Below are positions 45,158 to 58,645 of a stretch of DNA of 64,000 bases, one piece after another. Source of the stretch: Candidatus Kaiserbacteria bacterium (GTDB lineage: Bacteria; Patescibacteriota; Minisyncoccia; Phycocordibacterales; Phycocordibacteraceae); NCBI GenBank assembly GCA_016182485.1, contig JACPGH010000006.1, positions 90,461 through 154,460 of the forward strand, in the 5' to 3' direction. Within the stretch, counting starts at the first letter, position 1; the number at the start of each line of letters is the position of its first letter. A program made the translations under genes and the position numbers. The notes under the pieces were generated by a model, which saw nothing but the letters and a program-made list of their open reading frames with translations, did no database searches and had not been told where the DNA came from.

Positions 45158-45982
45158 TCATTCTTTCATTTCTTCTATCAAACCGAGTCGATAAATATCG
45201 AACGAGTGGTCGCCCTCGAACATGTCGGAGGGGTTCGGCAGCCAGATACGCCGGCGGGAGATCTCGGCGGTAGCATCCTCGATAAGCCGGCGGAAGACTA
45301 CGAAGTCGCGCTCGAGCGTCTGATAATCGAGCACGTAGCGTTTGAGCTGAGCGGACCCGTCGGCGTTCCTCGTTTTCTTGCATTCATAGACGATGAACCG
45401 CCGCACCGGCTTCTCAAAGAGCTTCCCGACCGTGTAGTAATTGAATAGCGCCTGAAGGACGAAAAGCGTTTTGGCCGAGCCGCCTTTGCTGAACGCAGTG
45501 ACGAACTTGTGATCCACTATATCCACCGCGCCCGATTCTGCTCGCGACGCCACCACAAGATCGGAGACGGCCTTCAAGGGCAGTGCCAATCCCTCCACTT
45601 CTACTACTCCCTTCACTTCCACCCCGAGAATTTTATGCCGCGGCGGCCGCGCAAGATAAAACGAGACCGCCTGCGCATATTCCCGCTCCATCGCCGCTCG
45701 CTTCTCTTTCTTCGCCTTGCGCGACTTCAACTTGCCAAAATCGAGCTCGAAATCCGCAATGTTCCGAAGGTACGCGAGCCCTTTAGCGGTGGCCGCCTCC
45801 TTGGAATCTCCACGGTAGAAATTCTCGAGAGCCAAGTGCCCGGCGCGGCCGACTACCGACGCTGGCGATGTCGGCGTATCATAAACTTCTTCGACATACC
45901 GCTTGTACCAAGCTAAGGGATTACGCAAGAACGCGACGAGGGACGAATGGCTCCAATGCTTGATCGGCGGCTTCCTCCCCAT
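45158..45982 (-). CDS. RecB-family PD-(D/E)XK nuclease (Cas4-like core without the Fe-S cysteines)
   Basis: N-terminal WSHSSLVAFLRNPLAWYKRY, then GRAGHLALE, IVDHK (D/ExK) and QALFNYY (QxxxY). There is no C-terminal Cys cluster. Confidence 0.6.
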   Translation of the reverse strand: MGRKPPIKHWSHSSLVAFLRNPLAWYKRYVEEVYDTPTSPASVVGRAGHLALENFYRGDSKEAATAKGLAYLRNIADFELDFGKLKSRKAKKEKRAAMEREYAQAVSFYLARPPRHKILGVEVKGVVEVEGLALPLKAVSDLVVASRAESGAVDIVDHKFVTAFSKGGSAKTLFVLQALFNYYTVGKLFEKPVRRFIVYECKKTRNADGSAQLKRYVLDYQTLERDFVVFRRLIEDATAEISRRRIWLPNPSDMFEGDHSFDIYRLGLIEEMKE

Positions 45983-46040
45983 TACCGCTATATTACGCTA
46001 TCCCGCAAGGGAATTCGCTAAATCTTCATTATGATTTCAG

Positions 46041-46110
46041 AGTGTGAAGGTCTGACCTTCACAGAATGAGTTGGGGATAACATAGCTTGTGAAGGTCAGA
46101 CCTTCACAGC
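46041..46110. repeat. Pair of palindromic repeat elements, locus B (cores 46043-46063 and 46088-46108)
   Basis: TGTGAAGGTCTGACCTTCACA, and TGTGAAGGTCAGACCTTCACA with a central T-to-A change. They lie in the divergent promoter region between the RecB-like nuclease and a receiver gene. Confidence 0.8.
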
Positions 46111-46216
46111 GGCTACTCCTCCGCCTCGTAGAAGGCGAGCGGGAGGGTTGCTGGACAAAATTGAATGAAGTGATATATTGGGCACAGATTCGCACATCAA
46201 CCTCAAGGAGAGAAGG

Positions 46217-46582
46217 GTGTCCAAAAAAATTCTGTTGGCCGAAGACGAGCCGGACGTGCGCGACGTAGTGGTCGAACTCCTCGAAGCTGAGGGGTACGAG
46301 GTCGTCGCCGTGGGAAACGGCTTCGAACTTCTCGATCGGCTCGCCGTCGAACGTTTCGATCTGGTGGTGACAGACAACGACATGCCGCGCATGAGCGGCC
46401 TCGCGGCGCTCGAACAGATCCGAGAGGACGAAGTCCTTCGAGACCTGCCGGTCATCGTGTACACGACTCCTCGAGGAGAACTGGTGTGGGAGCATGTCGC
46501 GATGCTCAACGGCGTGCTTGTCGAGAAGGGCTCTCACGGGAATCTTCTCGAGATCGTCGCGACGCTCCTGTTGTCGAAATGA
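46217..46582 (+). CDS. Single-domain response regulator (CheY-like receiver)
   Basis: GTG start with the SD AAGGAGAG. Motifs KILLAEDEPDVRD...DLVVTDNDMPRMSG...IVYT. No output domain. Confidence 0.7.
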   Translation: MSKKILLAEDEPDVRDVVVELLEAEGYEVVAVGNGFELLDRLAVERFDLVVTDNDMPRMSGLAALEQIREDEVLRDLPVIVYTTPRGELVWEHVAMLNGVLVEKGSHGNLLEIVATLLLSK

Positions 46583-46649
46583 TGGAAGTTAGCAGGCCCG
46601 GGCGGATTACCGCCCGGGCCTGCATTGCTTTACGCAATTGTTGTTTGCA

Positions 46650-47876
46650 TCAGTATGATTTCAAATGCCGCGCTTTGTCGTGCGTGCGGATCTTCTCAAG
46701 CGCCTTAGCTTCGATCTGGCGGATGCGCTCGCGGGTCACCGAGAATTCCCTGCCCACCTCCTCGAGCGTGTGATAGACGCCGTCCATGAGCCCGTGGCGC
46801 ATCTCGAGGATCTTGCGCTCCTTCGGCGAGAGGTCGTTAAGGATCGCCCGCACTTGTTCGGCGAGAATGCGCTCCGAGGATTCCTGCACCGGAGAAGGGA
46901 TCTTATCATCCGGGATGAAATCTCCCAAAGTTGACTTCTCATCATCATCCGAGCCCACCGGATTCTCGAGTGAGAGCGTATCCTGATTTATTTTTTCTAT
47001 CTGATAGATCTTCTCCGGCTCTACTCCCATTTCGACGGCGATCTCTTCGGCGTGCGGATCCCGGCCCAAAGCCTGCGCGAGGCGGCGGGATATCTGCTTA
47101 TATTTGGCGATCGTCTCGACCATGTGCACAGGGATGCGGATCGTGCGCGACTGGTCAGCAAGCGCGCGGGTGATCGCCTGTCGGATCCACCAGGTCGCGT
47201 AGGTAGAAAACTTGTAGCCCTTGCGCCAATCGAATTTGTCCACTGCGCGGAACAGGCCCAAGTTCCCTTCCTGGATGAGGTCGAGCAAGGTGAGATCGGG
47301 CGACCGGCCGACGTATTTCTTGGCGATGGAGACAACTAGGCGCAGGTTCGAGCGCGCAAGTATATTGCGCGCCTCTGCATCGCTTTTCTCGATGCGCTTG
47401 GCTAGTTCGCGCTCTTCGGCGGCGGTAAGGAGTGGGTACTGGCCGATCTCCCGCAAGTAGATCTGTATTGAGTCGTAACTGGCCGAATGGTGATCTTTGA
47501 TGTTGCGCGTGGCGAGATACTCATCCGTGGCATCTTCAAGCATGCCGCCCTCGAGCACGTCGACTCCGGCAGTCGCGAACCGCTCATACAGGGACTCGAG
47601 AAAATTCACGTCATCCTCGACATGCGGGAAGGACTTCAGGATCTCGTTGTATGTGACATATCCTCGCTCCTTTCCCTTCTCGATGAGCTGTTCCGCGGAG
47701 AGAGATTTGGCGAGCGAAGCCTTATCGCCATGAGCGCGCGCCGCTACTCGTACGATCTGCTTTTTTGTGCGCAGAGAACGCCGGCGAACGGATTTCGCCT
47801 TTATTTTTGCGCGACGCTTCCCCGCCCCTTTTGGGCGTCGCGATTTCACCGATTTTTTGTTCCTCGGCGTAGCCAT
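46650..47876 (-). CDS. rpoD: RNA polymerase sigma factor RpoD (sigma-70)
   Basis: Region 2 ([39 protein letters not shown]) and region 4 HTH. The start is taken at MATPRNKK (ATG 47874-47876). Confidence 0.9.
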   Translation of the reverse strand: MATPRNKKSVKSRRPKGAGKRRAKIKAKSVRRRSLRTKKQIVRVAARAHGDKASLAKSLSAEQLIEKGKERGYVTYNEILKSFPHVEDDVNFLESLYERFATAGVDVLEGGMLEDATDEYLATRNIKDHHSASYDSIQIYLREIGQYPLLTAAEERELAKRIEKSDAEARNILARSNLRLVVSIAKKYVGRSPDLTLLDLIQEGNLGLFRAVDKFDWRKGYKFSTYATWWIRQAITRALADQSRTIRIPVHMVETIAKYKQISRRLAQALGRDPHAEEIAVEMGVEPEKIYQIEKINQDTLSLENPVGSDDDEKSTLGDFIPDDKIPSPVQESSERILAEQVRAILNDLSPKERKILEMRHGLMDGVYHTLEEVGREFSVTRERIRQIEAKALEKIRTHDKARHLKSY

Positions 47877-47910
47877 ATACGTATTAGAGAGTTGGAAGAT
47901 AAAGAGAAAA

Positions 47911-49599
47911 TTAAGAACGTAGCGCACCGAGTCGCGTAAGCAGAAGCGCGCACGCTTCTTCTCCCCGCTTCACCGCTTCGGCGTCGCCGCTTGCTTCAGC
48001 CCTGCGCAAATCGAGAACCGCTTCTTTGTGTGCCTTGCGGATAACCGCTTCTTCGAAGGCATTCAAAAGCTCATCGGCCGCGCCTTCCGCCGGAAGCTCC
48101 CCAAAAATGGCCTCGATCTCAAACAGGGCCGATTCTGGGGGAGGGTCGACTGGCAGCTCTCGAGCTTCAGTGATCCGACAATACTCCGATTTGACACGAA
48201 GCGCAAGCGGTGTTTCGGGATAGGCGTGGAGAACGGCAAGGAGCTGATTTTCGCGCGCGAGGACATGTGAGAGACGCGCCTGCTCAGGTTCTCTTACCGG
48301 ACGCGCAGCAACCTCGACGCTGCCCGCCCTCTTGATCCTTGCGAGCGACTCTCGTACCGCCTCATCCGACAGACCGAGCGTTCTGGCAGTGGCCTGGACG
48401 AAATGGTCGCGCTCCATAGGGCTCTGCATCGCGGCGATGAGCGGCAGCACGACTGCTTCCGCGAAACGCAAAAGGCGGTGAGAATCCTTCTCCCGCTCAG
48501 CCAACTCTGCAAGGAAAAAATCTACGACCGGCTTGCCTGTCGCGATTCGACGAGCGAATTCTTTCGGGTCTTCGCTCACCATATCGGCGGGATCCGTACC
48601 CTTTGGCAAGCGCGCCGCCTTTACCCGCAGGCCTTGTCCGAGTGCTAATTCTGCAGAACGTGCGGTCGCCTTGAGTCCGGCCGCGTCGGCGTCGAGCACG
48701 AGCATCAGATTCTCACTGAATCGCTTCATAAGAGCTAGATGCTTCTCAGTGAGAGCCGTCCCCGAGAGCGCGACCGCATTGCCGAATCCCGCTTGCTGGA
48801 CCAAGAGCACGTCCATCTGGCCCTCGACGAGCATCGTGAACCCCCTCTGACGGATAAATTCCTTGGCCTTATCCATTCCGAAAAGAATTTCTGATTTATG
48901 GTAGAGATCCGTTTCCGGGCTATTCAAGTACTTCGCGGGATCGTCGGGAGCCAAAGCTCGGCCGGTGAAGCCGACCACTCGTCCGGCAATATCCCTGATA
49001 GGGAACATGAGCCGGTGGCGGAAGCGGTCATAGTAAGTACCGGGCTTGCCGTCTGCTTCTTTCACAAGCCCGGCGGCGAGGAGCTCCGCGACCGTGAAGC
49101 CTTCTGCGGAAAGGGCTTCGAGGAGCATCCGCCATCCTTCGGGCGCATAGCCTAGTCGCCAATTTTTTATCGTGTCGTCCGAGAGGCCGCGCTTCTTTGC
49201 ATATGCGTGAGCCGGACTGCCCGCGAGCTTGCCGGCATACCATTCAGAAGCGCGAGAAAGCAACGCGCGCAAACGTTCCTTTTTTTCAGTTTCCGCATGG
49301 CTCTGGCCGCCGTGTCCCGAAATGATCTTAACTCCCGCTTTGTCGGCGAGAATTTTCAGCGCGCCCTTGAAATCGACGCCTTCGATCTTTTCAATGAACG
49401 AGAAGCCGTCGCCGCCCTCTCCGCAGCCGAAACAGTGCCACGTGCCGCGCTCAAGCGACACATGAAATGAACCGGTCTTTTCCTTATGGAACGGGCACAG
49501 GCCGACGAGCGACCTCCCTGCCCGCTTCAGCTTCACATACGGCGCGATGATGTCTTGAATGGATAGCCGCTCCTTAATTTGCTGCACGGTATCGGACAT
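47911..49599 (-). CDS. dnaG: DNA primase
   Basis: CHC2 zinc finger ([26 protein letters not shown]) and a Toprim domain. The classic dnaG-rpoD order is preserved. The ATG at 49599 is preferred over the upstream TTG at 49623. Confidence 0.9.
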   Translation of the reverse strand: MSDTVQQIKERLSIQDIIAPYVKLKRAGRSLVGLCPFHKEKTGSFHVSLERGTWHCFGCGEGGDGFSFIEKIEGVDFKGALKILADKAGVKIISGHGGQSHAETEKKERLRALLSRASEWYAGKLAGSPAHAYAKKRGLSDDTIKNWRLGYAPEGWRMLLEALSAEGFTVAELLAAGLVKEADGKPGTYYDRFRHRLMFPIRDIAGRVVGFTGRALAPDDPAKYLNSPETDLYHKSEILFGMDKAKEFIRQRGFTMLVEGQMDVLLVQQAGFGNAVALSGTALTEKHLALMKRFSENLMLVLDADAAGLKATARSAELALGQGLRVKAARLPKGTDPADMVSEDPKEFARRIATGKPVVDFFLAELAEREKDSHRLLRFAEAVVLPLIAAMQSPMERDHFVQATARTLGLSDEAVRESLARIKRAGSVEVAARPVREPEQARLSHVLARENQLLAVLHAYPETPLALRVKSEYCRITEARELPVDPPPESALFEIEAIFGELPAEGAADELLNAFEEAVIRKAHKEAVLDLRRAEASGDAEAVKRGEEACALLLTRLGALRS

Positions 49600-49720
49600 A
49601 ATTTGAAGTTTATCGCGCTTCAAGAGATTTGACTAACTACGCGTGAGAATGTCAAAATTAAGGCAGGATTAACGAACGCTCTTTCACCGGCCAACGGGCC
49701 CGGCCCAAGAGGAGGACGCG

Positions 49721-49933
49721 ATGGCCACTATCCTTCCGAGGAAACTTACTGGACTGAGCGAGGAAGAAATACAGGAACTGGTTCCTGGTCTTGCTCGTCT
49801 CGGTCTGTTCCTCGAGTTCGCCGACCGGCAAACCGGCATCGTTAAGCGATCTCGAGACCTGCCGACGAACGCGCGGGACACTCGCGTGAGCGATCCGGGA
49901 GCGGAGAGTCGATGGCGACACATCGACTTCTGA
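49721..49933 (+). CDS. Small hypothetical protein (70 aa) with a strong SD and its own terminator
   Basis: AGAGGAGGA lies 4 nt before the ATG. It is followed by the hairpin ACGGGCGCGACC-TCTC-GGTCGCGCCCGT at 49938-49969. It sits opposite-strand between the dnaG start and the rpoC end. Confidence 0.35.
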   Translation: MATILPRKLTGLSEEEIQELVPGLARLGLFLEFADRQTGIVKRSRDLPTNARDTRVSDPGAESRWRHIDF

Positions 49934-49975
49934 CGTAAACGGGCGCGACCTCTCGGTCGCGCCCGTTCTCTATCT

Positions 49976-50050
49976 GCATGGATGTGAAGGTCTGACCTTC
50001 ACATCCATGCGCGACTATCGTTGTACCTGTGAAGGTCTGACCTTCACAGG
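49976..50050. repeat. Pair of palindromic repeat elements, locus C (35-nt perfect palindrome 49976-50010; 25-nt copy 50026-50050 abutting the rpoC stop)
   Basis: The first copy is GCATGGATGTGAAGGTC-T-GACCTTCACATCCATGC and the second is CCTGTGAAGGTCTGACCTTCACAGG. The rpoC stop codon is at 50051-50053. Confidence 0.85.
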
Positions 50051-53000
50051 TTACTTTGCGCGGGTTGGCGGGGTACCCGCTCCGCCGGAGCCCACGCGAG
50101 ACGAGAAACTGGTCGAGCGGGTCGGCGCGGAAGGAGCCGGACGCGAAGCCTGGAGCTTCGCGATGTGCGCGAATTTCTTGCTGCCGGAAAAGCCGGTGCC
50201 AGCCGGAATCAGGCGCCCCAGAATGACATTCTCTTTCAATCCGCGCAGGCGATCCACGCTTCCGCGCAATGCCGCGTTGATTAGTATCTTCGTCGTCTGC
50301 TCGAAGGAAGCCGCGGAGAGGAAGGAGCGCCGCGAGAGCGCGCTCTCTTTAATGCCGAGCACTATCTCCTTCGCATGCGGCGGCATTCGATTAGCCGCTT
50401 CCGCATCCTTGACCGCCTTTGCGAATTCCCAATCTTCGACGATATCTCCGACCGAATAGTCGGTGTCGCCGGCGTCTGTTATCTTCACGCGCGAGAACAT
50501 TTGCTTCACTACAACCTCGAAGTGCTTGCGCGCCACCGAGGCGCCCTGCATTTCATAGATCTTCGACGCCTCGGCGATTATATACTCTTGAACCGCCGCG
50601 CGCCCCGCGTATTCGAAGAGTTCATCGAGATCCACGGAGCCGTCCGTGAGGATCTGGCCCTTGGACACCAGATCGCCTTCTTTAACGAGCGCGACGCGCG
50701 GGTACGGAGCCAGATACTCATAGACCGAGCCGTCCTTCTTGCCCTGCCCCGCTTCGGGAGCTACGACGATTATCTTCTCGCGGCCCTGCTCCTTGACCTC
50801 GATCACGATGCCATCGGTCTTAGAGACGACTGCCGGATTTTTCGGCGAGCGCTTCTCGAAGACTTCTTCCACGCGCGGCAGACCGCTCGTGATATCGCCT
50901 CCGATCGAAGCCACGCCGCCGGCATGGAACGTACGCATCGTGAGCTGCGTGCCCGGCTCGCCGATCGCCTGCGCCGCTACCGTACCGACCGCTTCTCCCA
51001 GATCAACGAGCTCCTGGCTCGTGAGATCCATGCCGTAGCAGGTCTGGCAGATGCCGTAGCGCGTCTCGCAGGACATCGGGGAACGCGCGACGATTGAAGC
51101 GACTCTCGAGGCCGCCAGTGTTTCAGCGTCCTGCGCAGAGAGATAGTGTCCTTTTTTCCAGCCCGAGGCGGGGCCGCCTGCGGCGGAAAAGTCTCCTTCG
51201 ACAGATTCTGCCAAAACGCGGCCACGGAGCGCTTCAGCGAAGTTTATCTGGATGCCCGAGGCGCTCACGCGATTAATTTTCACTCCGCGCTTCGTGCCGC
51301 AATCCTTCTCGGTCACTATGGAGTCCTGCGCCACGTCAAAGAGGCGGCGCGTGAGGTAGCCCGCCTTCGCAGTGCCGAGCGCCGTGTCGGCCAATCCTTT
51401 GCGGGCGCCGTGCGTCGCGATGAAATACTCAATTGGATTGAATCCTTCGATGAACGAGGAGACAATGGGGACTTCGATGGTTTCGCCGGCCGTGTTCTGG
51501 ATGAGGCCTTTCATGCCGGCCATCTGCGTGACCTGCCCCATCGAGCCGCGGGCGCCGGAGAGCACCATGTCGGCGATGGAGCCCATCGGATTCAAGTTTT
51601 CCGCGACCTTTTTCTCGATGTCTTGACGAGAGGCCTGCCACACTTCGATAGCCATGCGGCGCTTCTCGTCTTCGGCGAGAAGACCGTTCTGATAATCCTC
51701 TTCTATCTTCGCGACCTTCGCCGAGGCGTCCTCGATTATTTGCTGCTTATCGGCCGGGACGGACACTTCGTCGAGCGACCAGGTGACGCCGGACTTCGTC
51801 GCGTAGTCGAAGCCGAAGCGCTTCACTTTGTTCACGATAGCCGGGATGGCGTCCAGGCCGTAGCGCTCAATGCAGTCGTTCACGATGCGCGCGAGCACTT
51901 TGCGCGTTATGGTCTCGTTAACGAACGGATAATCTCCGGGCAAGACGGTATTGAAGAGGAGGCGGCCGACTGTCGTCTCGAACGGACGGTTCTCGAACTG
52001 CTCATACTTTTTCTTGCCGGAGACCGGCAACACCTTGATCTTCGCTCGGATATCTATCGCGCCATACTCTGAGACTAGAATGGCGGCGTTTGGCGACGCG
52101 AAATATTCGCCCTCTCCCTTCAGTTTATCTACCGCCTTGGTAAGCCAGTAGACTCCGAGAACGATGTCGAGCGGCTTGCCAGTAAGCACTATCATATCGC
52201 CGGAACCGGGCTTCAATATATTCTTGTTGGCGCTCATGATGTTGGCCGCTTCCCACTGCGCTTCCTCCGAGAGCGGGACGTGCACGGCCATTTGATCGCC
52301 GTCGAAGTCCGCGTTGAAGGCGTTGCAGACGAGCGGATGAAGCTGGATGGCATCGCCTTCGATAAGGCGGGGCCGGAATGCCTGGATGCCCTGGCGATGG
52401 AGGGTTGGCGCGCGGTTCAGGAGCACGTATTTGTCCTTAATTGCTTCTTCGAGGATCTCCCACACTTCCGGCACGCCATCTTCGATAAGACGGCCTGCGC
52501 CGCGGATATTGAAGGCCAGCTCGCGGTCAAGAAGTCCGGCTATGACGAACGGGCGGAATAGTTCAAGCGCCATGTGCTTGGGCAGACCGCACTCATCAAG
52601 CTCGAGATCCGGACCGACGACTATCACCGAACGGCCGGAATAGTCGACGCGCTTGCCGAGGAGGTTCTGGCGGAAGTATCCCTGCTTCCCTTTCAGATAA
52701 TCGGCGAGCGATTTGAGCGGACGGCGCTGCGCCATCGTGAGCGCGCCGGAGGCGCCGCTCTTTCTGATCGAATTGTCGAGGAGCGCGTCCACCGCCTCTT
52801 GCAGGATGCGCTTCTCGTTGCGAAGGATGACTTCCGGCGCATGAATATCGATAAGTTTCTTCAATCGGTTATTGCGGTTGATGACGCGGCGGTAGAGGTC
52901 GTTTACGTCGGAAGTCGCATGGCGGCCTCCCTCAAGCGCCACCATCGGGCGGAGCGCCGGCGGAATGACCGGGATGCGCGTAAGGAACAGCCATTCGGGA

Positions 53001-53812
53001 CGGATGCCGGCCGAAATAAGTCCCGCGACGAGCGAGAGGCGCTTCGCGAGTTTCTCGCGCTCGGCCGCGCTCGCTTTCTCATAGCGAGCGGAGAGCGTCT
53101 TCTCGAGCGCCTTCAGATCGAGCGCTCGAAAGATGTCGTAGATGGATTCTGCGCCGATGCGAGCTTCGAAGAGCCCCCCGTATTTTACTGAGAAGCGATG
53201 ATATTCGAGCTCGTCGAGTACCTTGCCGACGACTAGACTCTCTATCTCGGCCTTCGCTAGCGTCATTTTCTCTTTGAGCGCGTCCCGCTCCTTATCCGAG
53301 GCGAGCGACTTGTACTTCGACTTGAATTCGCTCTCGAGTTCCGCGATGAGCCTTTTCTTCTCTTCCTCGACGACCTTGGAAACGATGTAGCCGGCAAAAT
53401 ATACGACCTTCTCGATATCCGCAGCGGACGCGCCCAGAAGCAGCGCCATCCTAGAAGGAACGCTTCGGAGGAACCAGATATGCGCGACCGGCGTACAGAG
53501 TTCGATATGGCCCATGCGCTCGCGCCGCACTATGGAACGGGTGATCTCGACGCCGCACTTATCGCAGATGATTCCCTTGTAGCGAATGCCCTTGTACTTG
53601 CCGCAGTAGCACTCGTAGTCCTTCTCGGGCCCGAAGATCTTTTCATCGAAGAGGCCGTGCTTTTCAGACCGCTGCGTGCGGTAGTTAATGGTCTCGGGTT
53701 TGGTAATTTCTCCGTGGCTCCAGGCCAGAATGCGCTCGGGCGAGGCGAGAGTGAGGCGCAGGCCGTTCCAGATATCGTGCGGAGAGGTAGCTTTGCGTGG
53801 AATGAATGCCAT
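50051..53812 (-). CDS. rpoC: DNA-directed RNA polymerase subunit beta'
   Basis: 1253 aa. Zn-binding CYCGKYKGIRYKGIICDKCGVE, the NADFDGD catalytic loop, and trigger-loop and bridge-helix motifs. Confidence 0.95.
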   Translation of the reverse strand: MAFIPRKATSPHDIWNGLRLTLASPERILAWSHGEITKPETINYRTQRSEKHGLFDEKIFGPEKDYECYCGKYKGIRYKGIICDKCGVEITRSIVRRERMGHIELCTPVAHIWFLRSVPSRMALLLGASAADIEKVVYFAGYIVSKVVEEEKKRLIAELESEFKSKYKSLASDKERDALKEKMTLAKAEIESLVVGKVLDELEYHRFSVKYGGLFEARIGAESIYDIFRALDLKALEKTLSARYEKASAAEREKLAKRLSLVAGLISAGIRPEWLFLTRIPVIPPALRPMVALEGGRHATSDVNDLYRRVINRNNRLKKLIDIHAPEVILRNEKRILQEAVDALLDNSIRKSGASGALTMAQRRPLKSLADYLKGKQGYFRQNLLGKRVDYSGRSVIVVGPDLELDECGLPKHMALELFRPFVIAGLLDRELAFNIRGAGRLIEDGVPEVWEILEEAIKDKYVLLNRAPTLHRQGIQAFRPRLIEGDAIQLHPLVCNAFNADFDGDQMAVHVPLSEEAQWEAANIMSANKNILKPGSGDMIVLTGKPLDIVLGVYWLTKAVDKLKGEGEYFASPNAAILVSEYGAIDIRAKIKVLPVSGKKKYEQFENRPFETTVGRLLFNTVLPGDYPFVNETITRKVLARIVNDCIERYGLDAIPAIVNKVKRFGFDYATKSGVTWSLDEVSVPADKQQIIEDASAKVAKIEEDYQNGLLAEDEKRRMAIEVWQASRQDIEKKVAENLNPMGSIADMVLSGARGSMGQVTQMAGMKGLIQNTAGETIEVPIVSSFIEGFNPIEYFIATHGARKGLADTALGTAKAGYLTRRLFDVAQDSIVTEKDCGTKRGVKINRVSASGIQINFAEALRGRVLAESVEGDFSAAGGPASGWKKGHYLSAQDAETLAASRVASIVARSPMSCETRYGICQTCYGMDLTSQELVDLGEAVGTVAAQAIGEPGTQLTMRTFHAGGVASIGGDITSGLPRVEEVFEKRSPKNPAVVSKTDGIVIEVKEQGREKIIVVAPEAGQGKKDGSVYEYLAPYPRVALVKEGDLVSKGQILTDGSVDLDELFEYAGRAAVQEYIIAEASKIYEMQGASVARKHFEVVVKQMFSRVKITDAGDTDYSVGDIVEDWEFAKAVKDAEAANRMPPHAKEIVLGIKESALSRRSFLSAASFEQTTKILINAALRGSVDRLRGLKENVILGRLIPAGTGFSGSKKFAHIAKLQASRPAPSAPTRSTSFSSRVGSGGAGTPPTRAK

Positions 53813-53851
53813 AGTTAAAAATTTAAATATTTAAACATTTAAATATCATTT

Positions 53852-57037
<3,186 letters not shown>

Positions 57038-57454
57038 GATGCTTTAACGTGAAGTGTTTATAAATATATAAACTGCAACGCACGGAACCCCTTCCGCTTT
57101 TGCGTTTCTTTAATTTCTCATGAACCCCGCCCCGCCGCTACTCAGTCGTATCTTGAACCGCACTGTATCAGACTACTGTCCCGGACGCAAGAGCCTCTGG
57201 GGACAAACGTTGCGCAAGGGGGCTAATGAGTCTGCTTAGAGAGGCTTGGTACTCTGCCAATCCATCTGGCAAAAGACGCGCCAGTTCCAGACCGCGGAGC
57301 ATGAGAAGGCCTTCTTCATATGCTTCCGGGCGCTTCGCTTCCCGCAAGTATTCAAGAGTCCTGTGTGCCCGCGCGAGAGACTCAATATACCGTCCCTCAT
57401 TGCTATCCCGTGCGGCGCGAATGCACCTGAAAACATCCGCTCCTAAGTTTGCGA

Positions 57455-57512
57455 AATAAAAAACCGCGTCTCGCTTCATAAGTCGAGAAAAGGAAGGGCA
57501 AGCGAGACAATT
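57455..57512 (-). terminator. Terminator-like hairpin followed by a U7 run on the minus strand (end of the rpsP-KH-trmD transcript)
   Basis: GTCTCGCTT...AAGCGAGAC (9 bp) with a 24-nt loop. On the minus strand it is followed by GCGGUUUUUUUAUUU. Confidence 0.4.
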
Positions 57513-57661
57513 TTGCGCACGGCACGGCGGATCTCCTCGTCTGCGATTTCCATGCTTCTGTTCCCCTGCATCGGCCTGATATTGATGAGCGATGTGTATT
57601 CGATCGCCGCATCCCCCTTCTCTTTCGGATATAGATTGCCCATGCAGTAATTGTACCTCAT
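57476..57661 (-). CDS. Small hypothetical ORF (61 aa) translationally coupled to trmD
   Basis: Its ATG overlaps the trmD TGA (ATGA). It occupies the position where rplS usually follows trmD, but it has no L19 similarity. Coding status is uncertain. Confidence 0.3.
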   Translation of the reverse strand: MRYNYCMGNLYPKEKGDAAIEYTSLINIRPMQGNRSMEIADEEIRRAVRKIVSLALPFLDL

Positions 57662-58326
57662 CGCTTCTTGCGCCAGGCGTCAATGCGAGCGTGATGGCCC
57701 GTCTGGAGGACTTTAGGGACGCGATATTTTTTGCCTTTGAATTCTATTATCTCGGGACGGGTGTAAACGGCGCGGGAGGCGATGCGGCGTTCTTCGACTG
57801 ACTCATCCTTGCCGAGAACGCCGGGCAGGCGGCGCGTCACGGCATCGACGATTGCGAGCGCCGGCACTTCTCCCCCTGTATACACTGCTTCGCCAACTGC
57901 AAATTCTTTTACGGGCGCGAGCGTTTTCAGGATCGTCTTCGCGCGTTCATCAATGCCCTCGTAGCGGCCGCAGACTAAGACGATGTGGTCATATTTCGCC
58001 AGTGCATCGGCATCTTTGTTCGTGAATTGCTTGGCTGAGGGAGAGAACCAGATCACGATGGACTTTTTTACAGTCCCTCGTCGAGGACTTCTCGGGATCC
58101 GCAATGCCCTTTCCGCTGCGCGGACGATTGGCATTGCCTGCATCACCATCCCGGGGCCGCCGCCATATGGACGCTCATCAACTTTTCCCCATTTGTTCGA
58201 AACGAAATCGCGCGGGTTCTGGAACGAAATTGTTATTTTCTTGTCTTTGCGTGCCCGCCCAATGATAGAGGCAGAGAGATATGCGTCGCACGCGTCCGGG
58301 AAAAGGGTCAGGAGATGGAATTTCAC
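57658..58326 (-). CDS. trmD: tRNA (guanine37-N1)-methyltransferase
   Basis: SPOUT fold with N-terminal MKFHLLTLFPDACDAYLSASIIGRA, then GGGPGMVM in the middle. Confidence 0.9.
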   Translation of the reverse strand: MKFHLLTLFPDACDAYLSASIIGRARKDKKITISFQNPRDFVSNKWGKVDERPYGGGPGMVMQAMPIVRAAERALRIPRSPRRGTVKKSIVIWFSPSAKQFTNKDADALAKYDHIVLVCGRYEGIDERAKTILKTLAPVKEFAVGEAVYTGGEVPALAIVDAVTRRLPGVLGKDESVEERRIASRAVYTRPEIIEFKGKKYRVPKVLQTGHHARIDAWRKKR

Positions 58327-58622
58327 AGCTCGTCCACGATCTGGTCGACGGACTTGTTCTCGGGGTCCCGCTTGCCGCCGATCGGCTCGTTTATCTTGAG
58401 ATTCACGCGCGCGTTCTCTTTCATCCCCACAACTCTAAGAAGGATCCGGAGAGCCTCGGCGGTTTTACCGCTCTTGCCGATAATCTTGCCCATATCTTCA
58501 GGATGCACCGTGAGCGTGAGCAAAACTCCCATTTGATCTATGGTGCGCGTAGTCTCGACCGATTCGGGATGGTCGGCGAGCGCTTTGACTACATATTCGA
58601 GAAATGCCTGATCCGGTTCCAT
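58323..58622 (-). CDS. KH-domain RNA-binding protein (UPF0109/YlqC-like)
   Basis: KH GxxG motif (IIGKSGKTAEALRILLRVVG). It sits in the usual position between rpsP and trmD. It overlaps trmD by 4 nt. Confidence 0.8.
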   Translation of the reverse strand: MEPDQAFLEYVVKALADHPESVETTRTIDQMGVLLTLTVHPEDMGKIIGKSGKTAEALRILLRVVGMKENARVNLKINEPIGGKRDPENKSVDQIVDEL

Positions 58623-58645
58623 TTATGTTGAGCAGGGTCGATTCA

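Noticed and set aside
57168-57683. 171-aa minus-strand ORF in the rpoB upstream leader
   Set aside because: It overlaps the trmD-coupled small ORF and a terminator hairpin in another frame. There is no RBS or homology. The region is more likely the rpoB leader or promoter.
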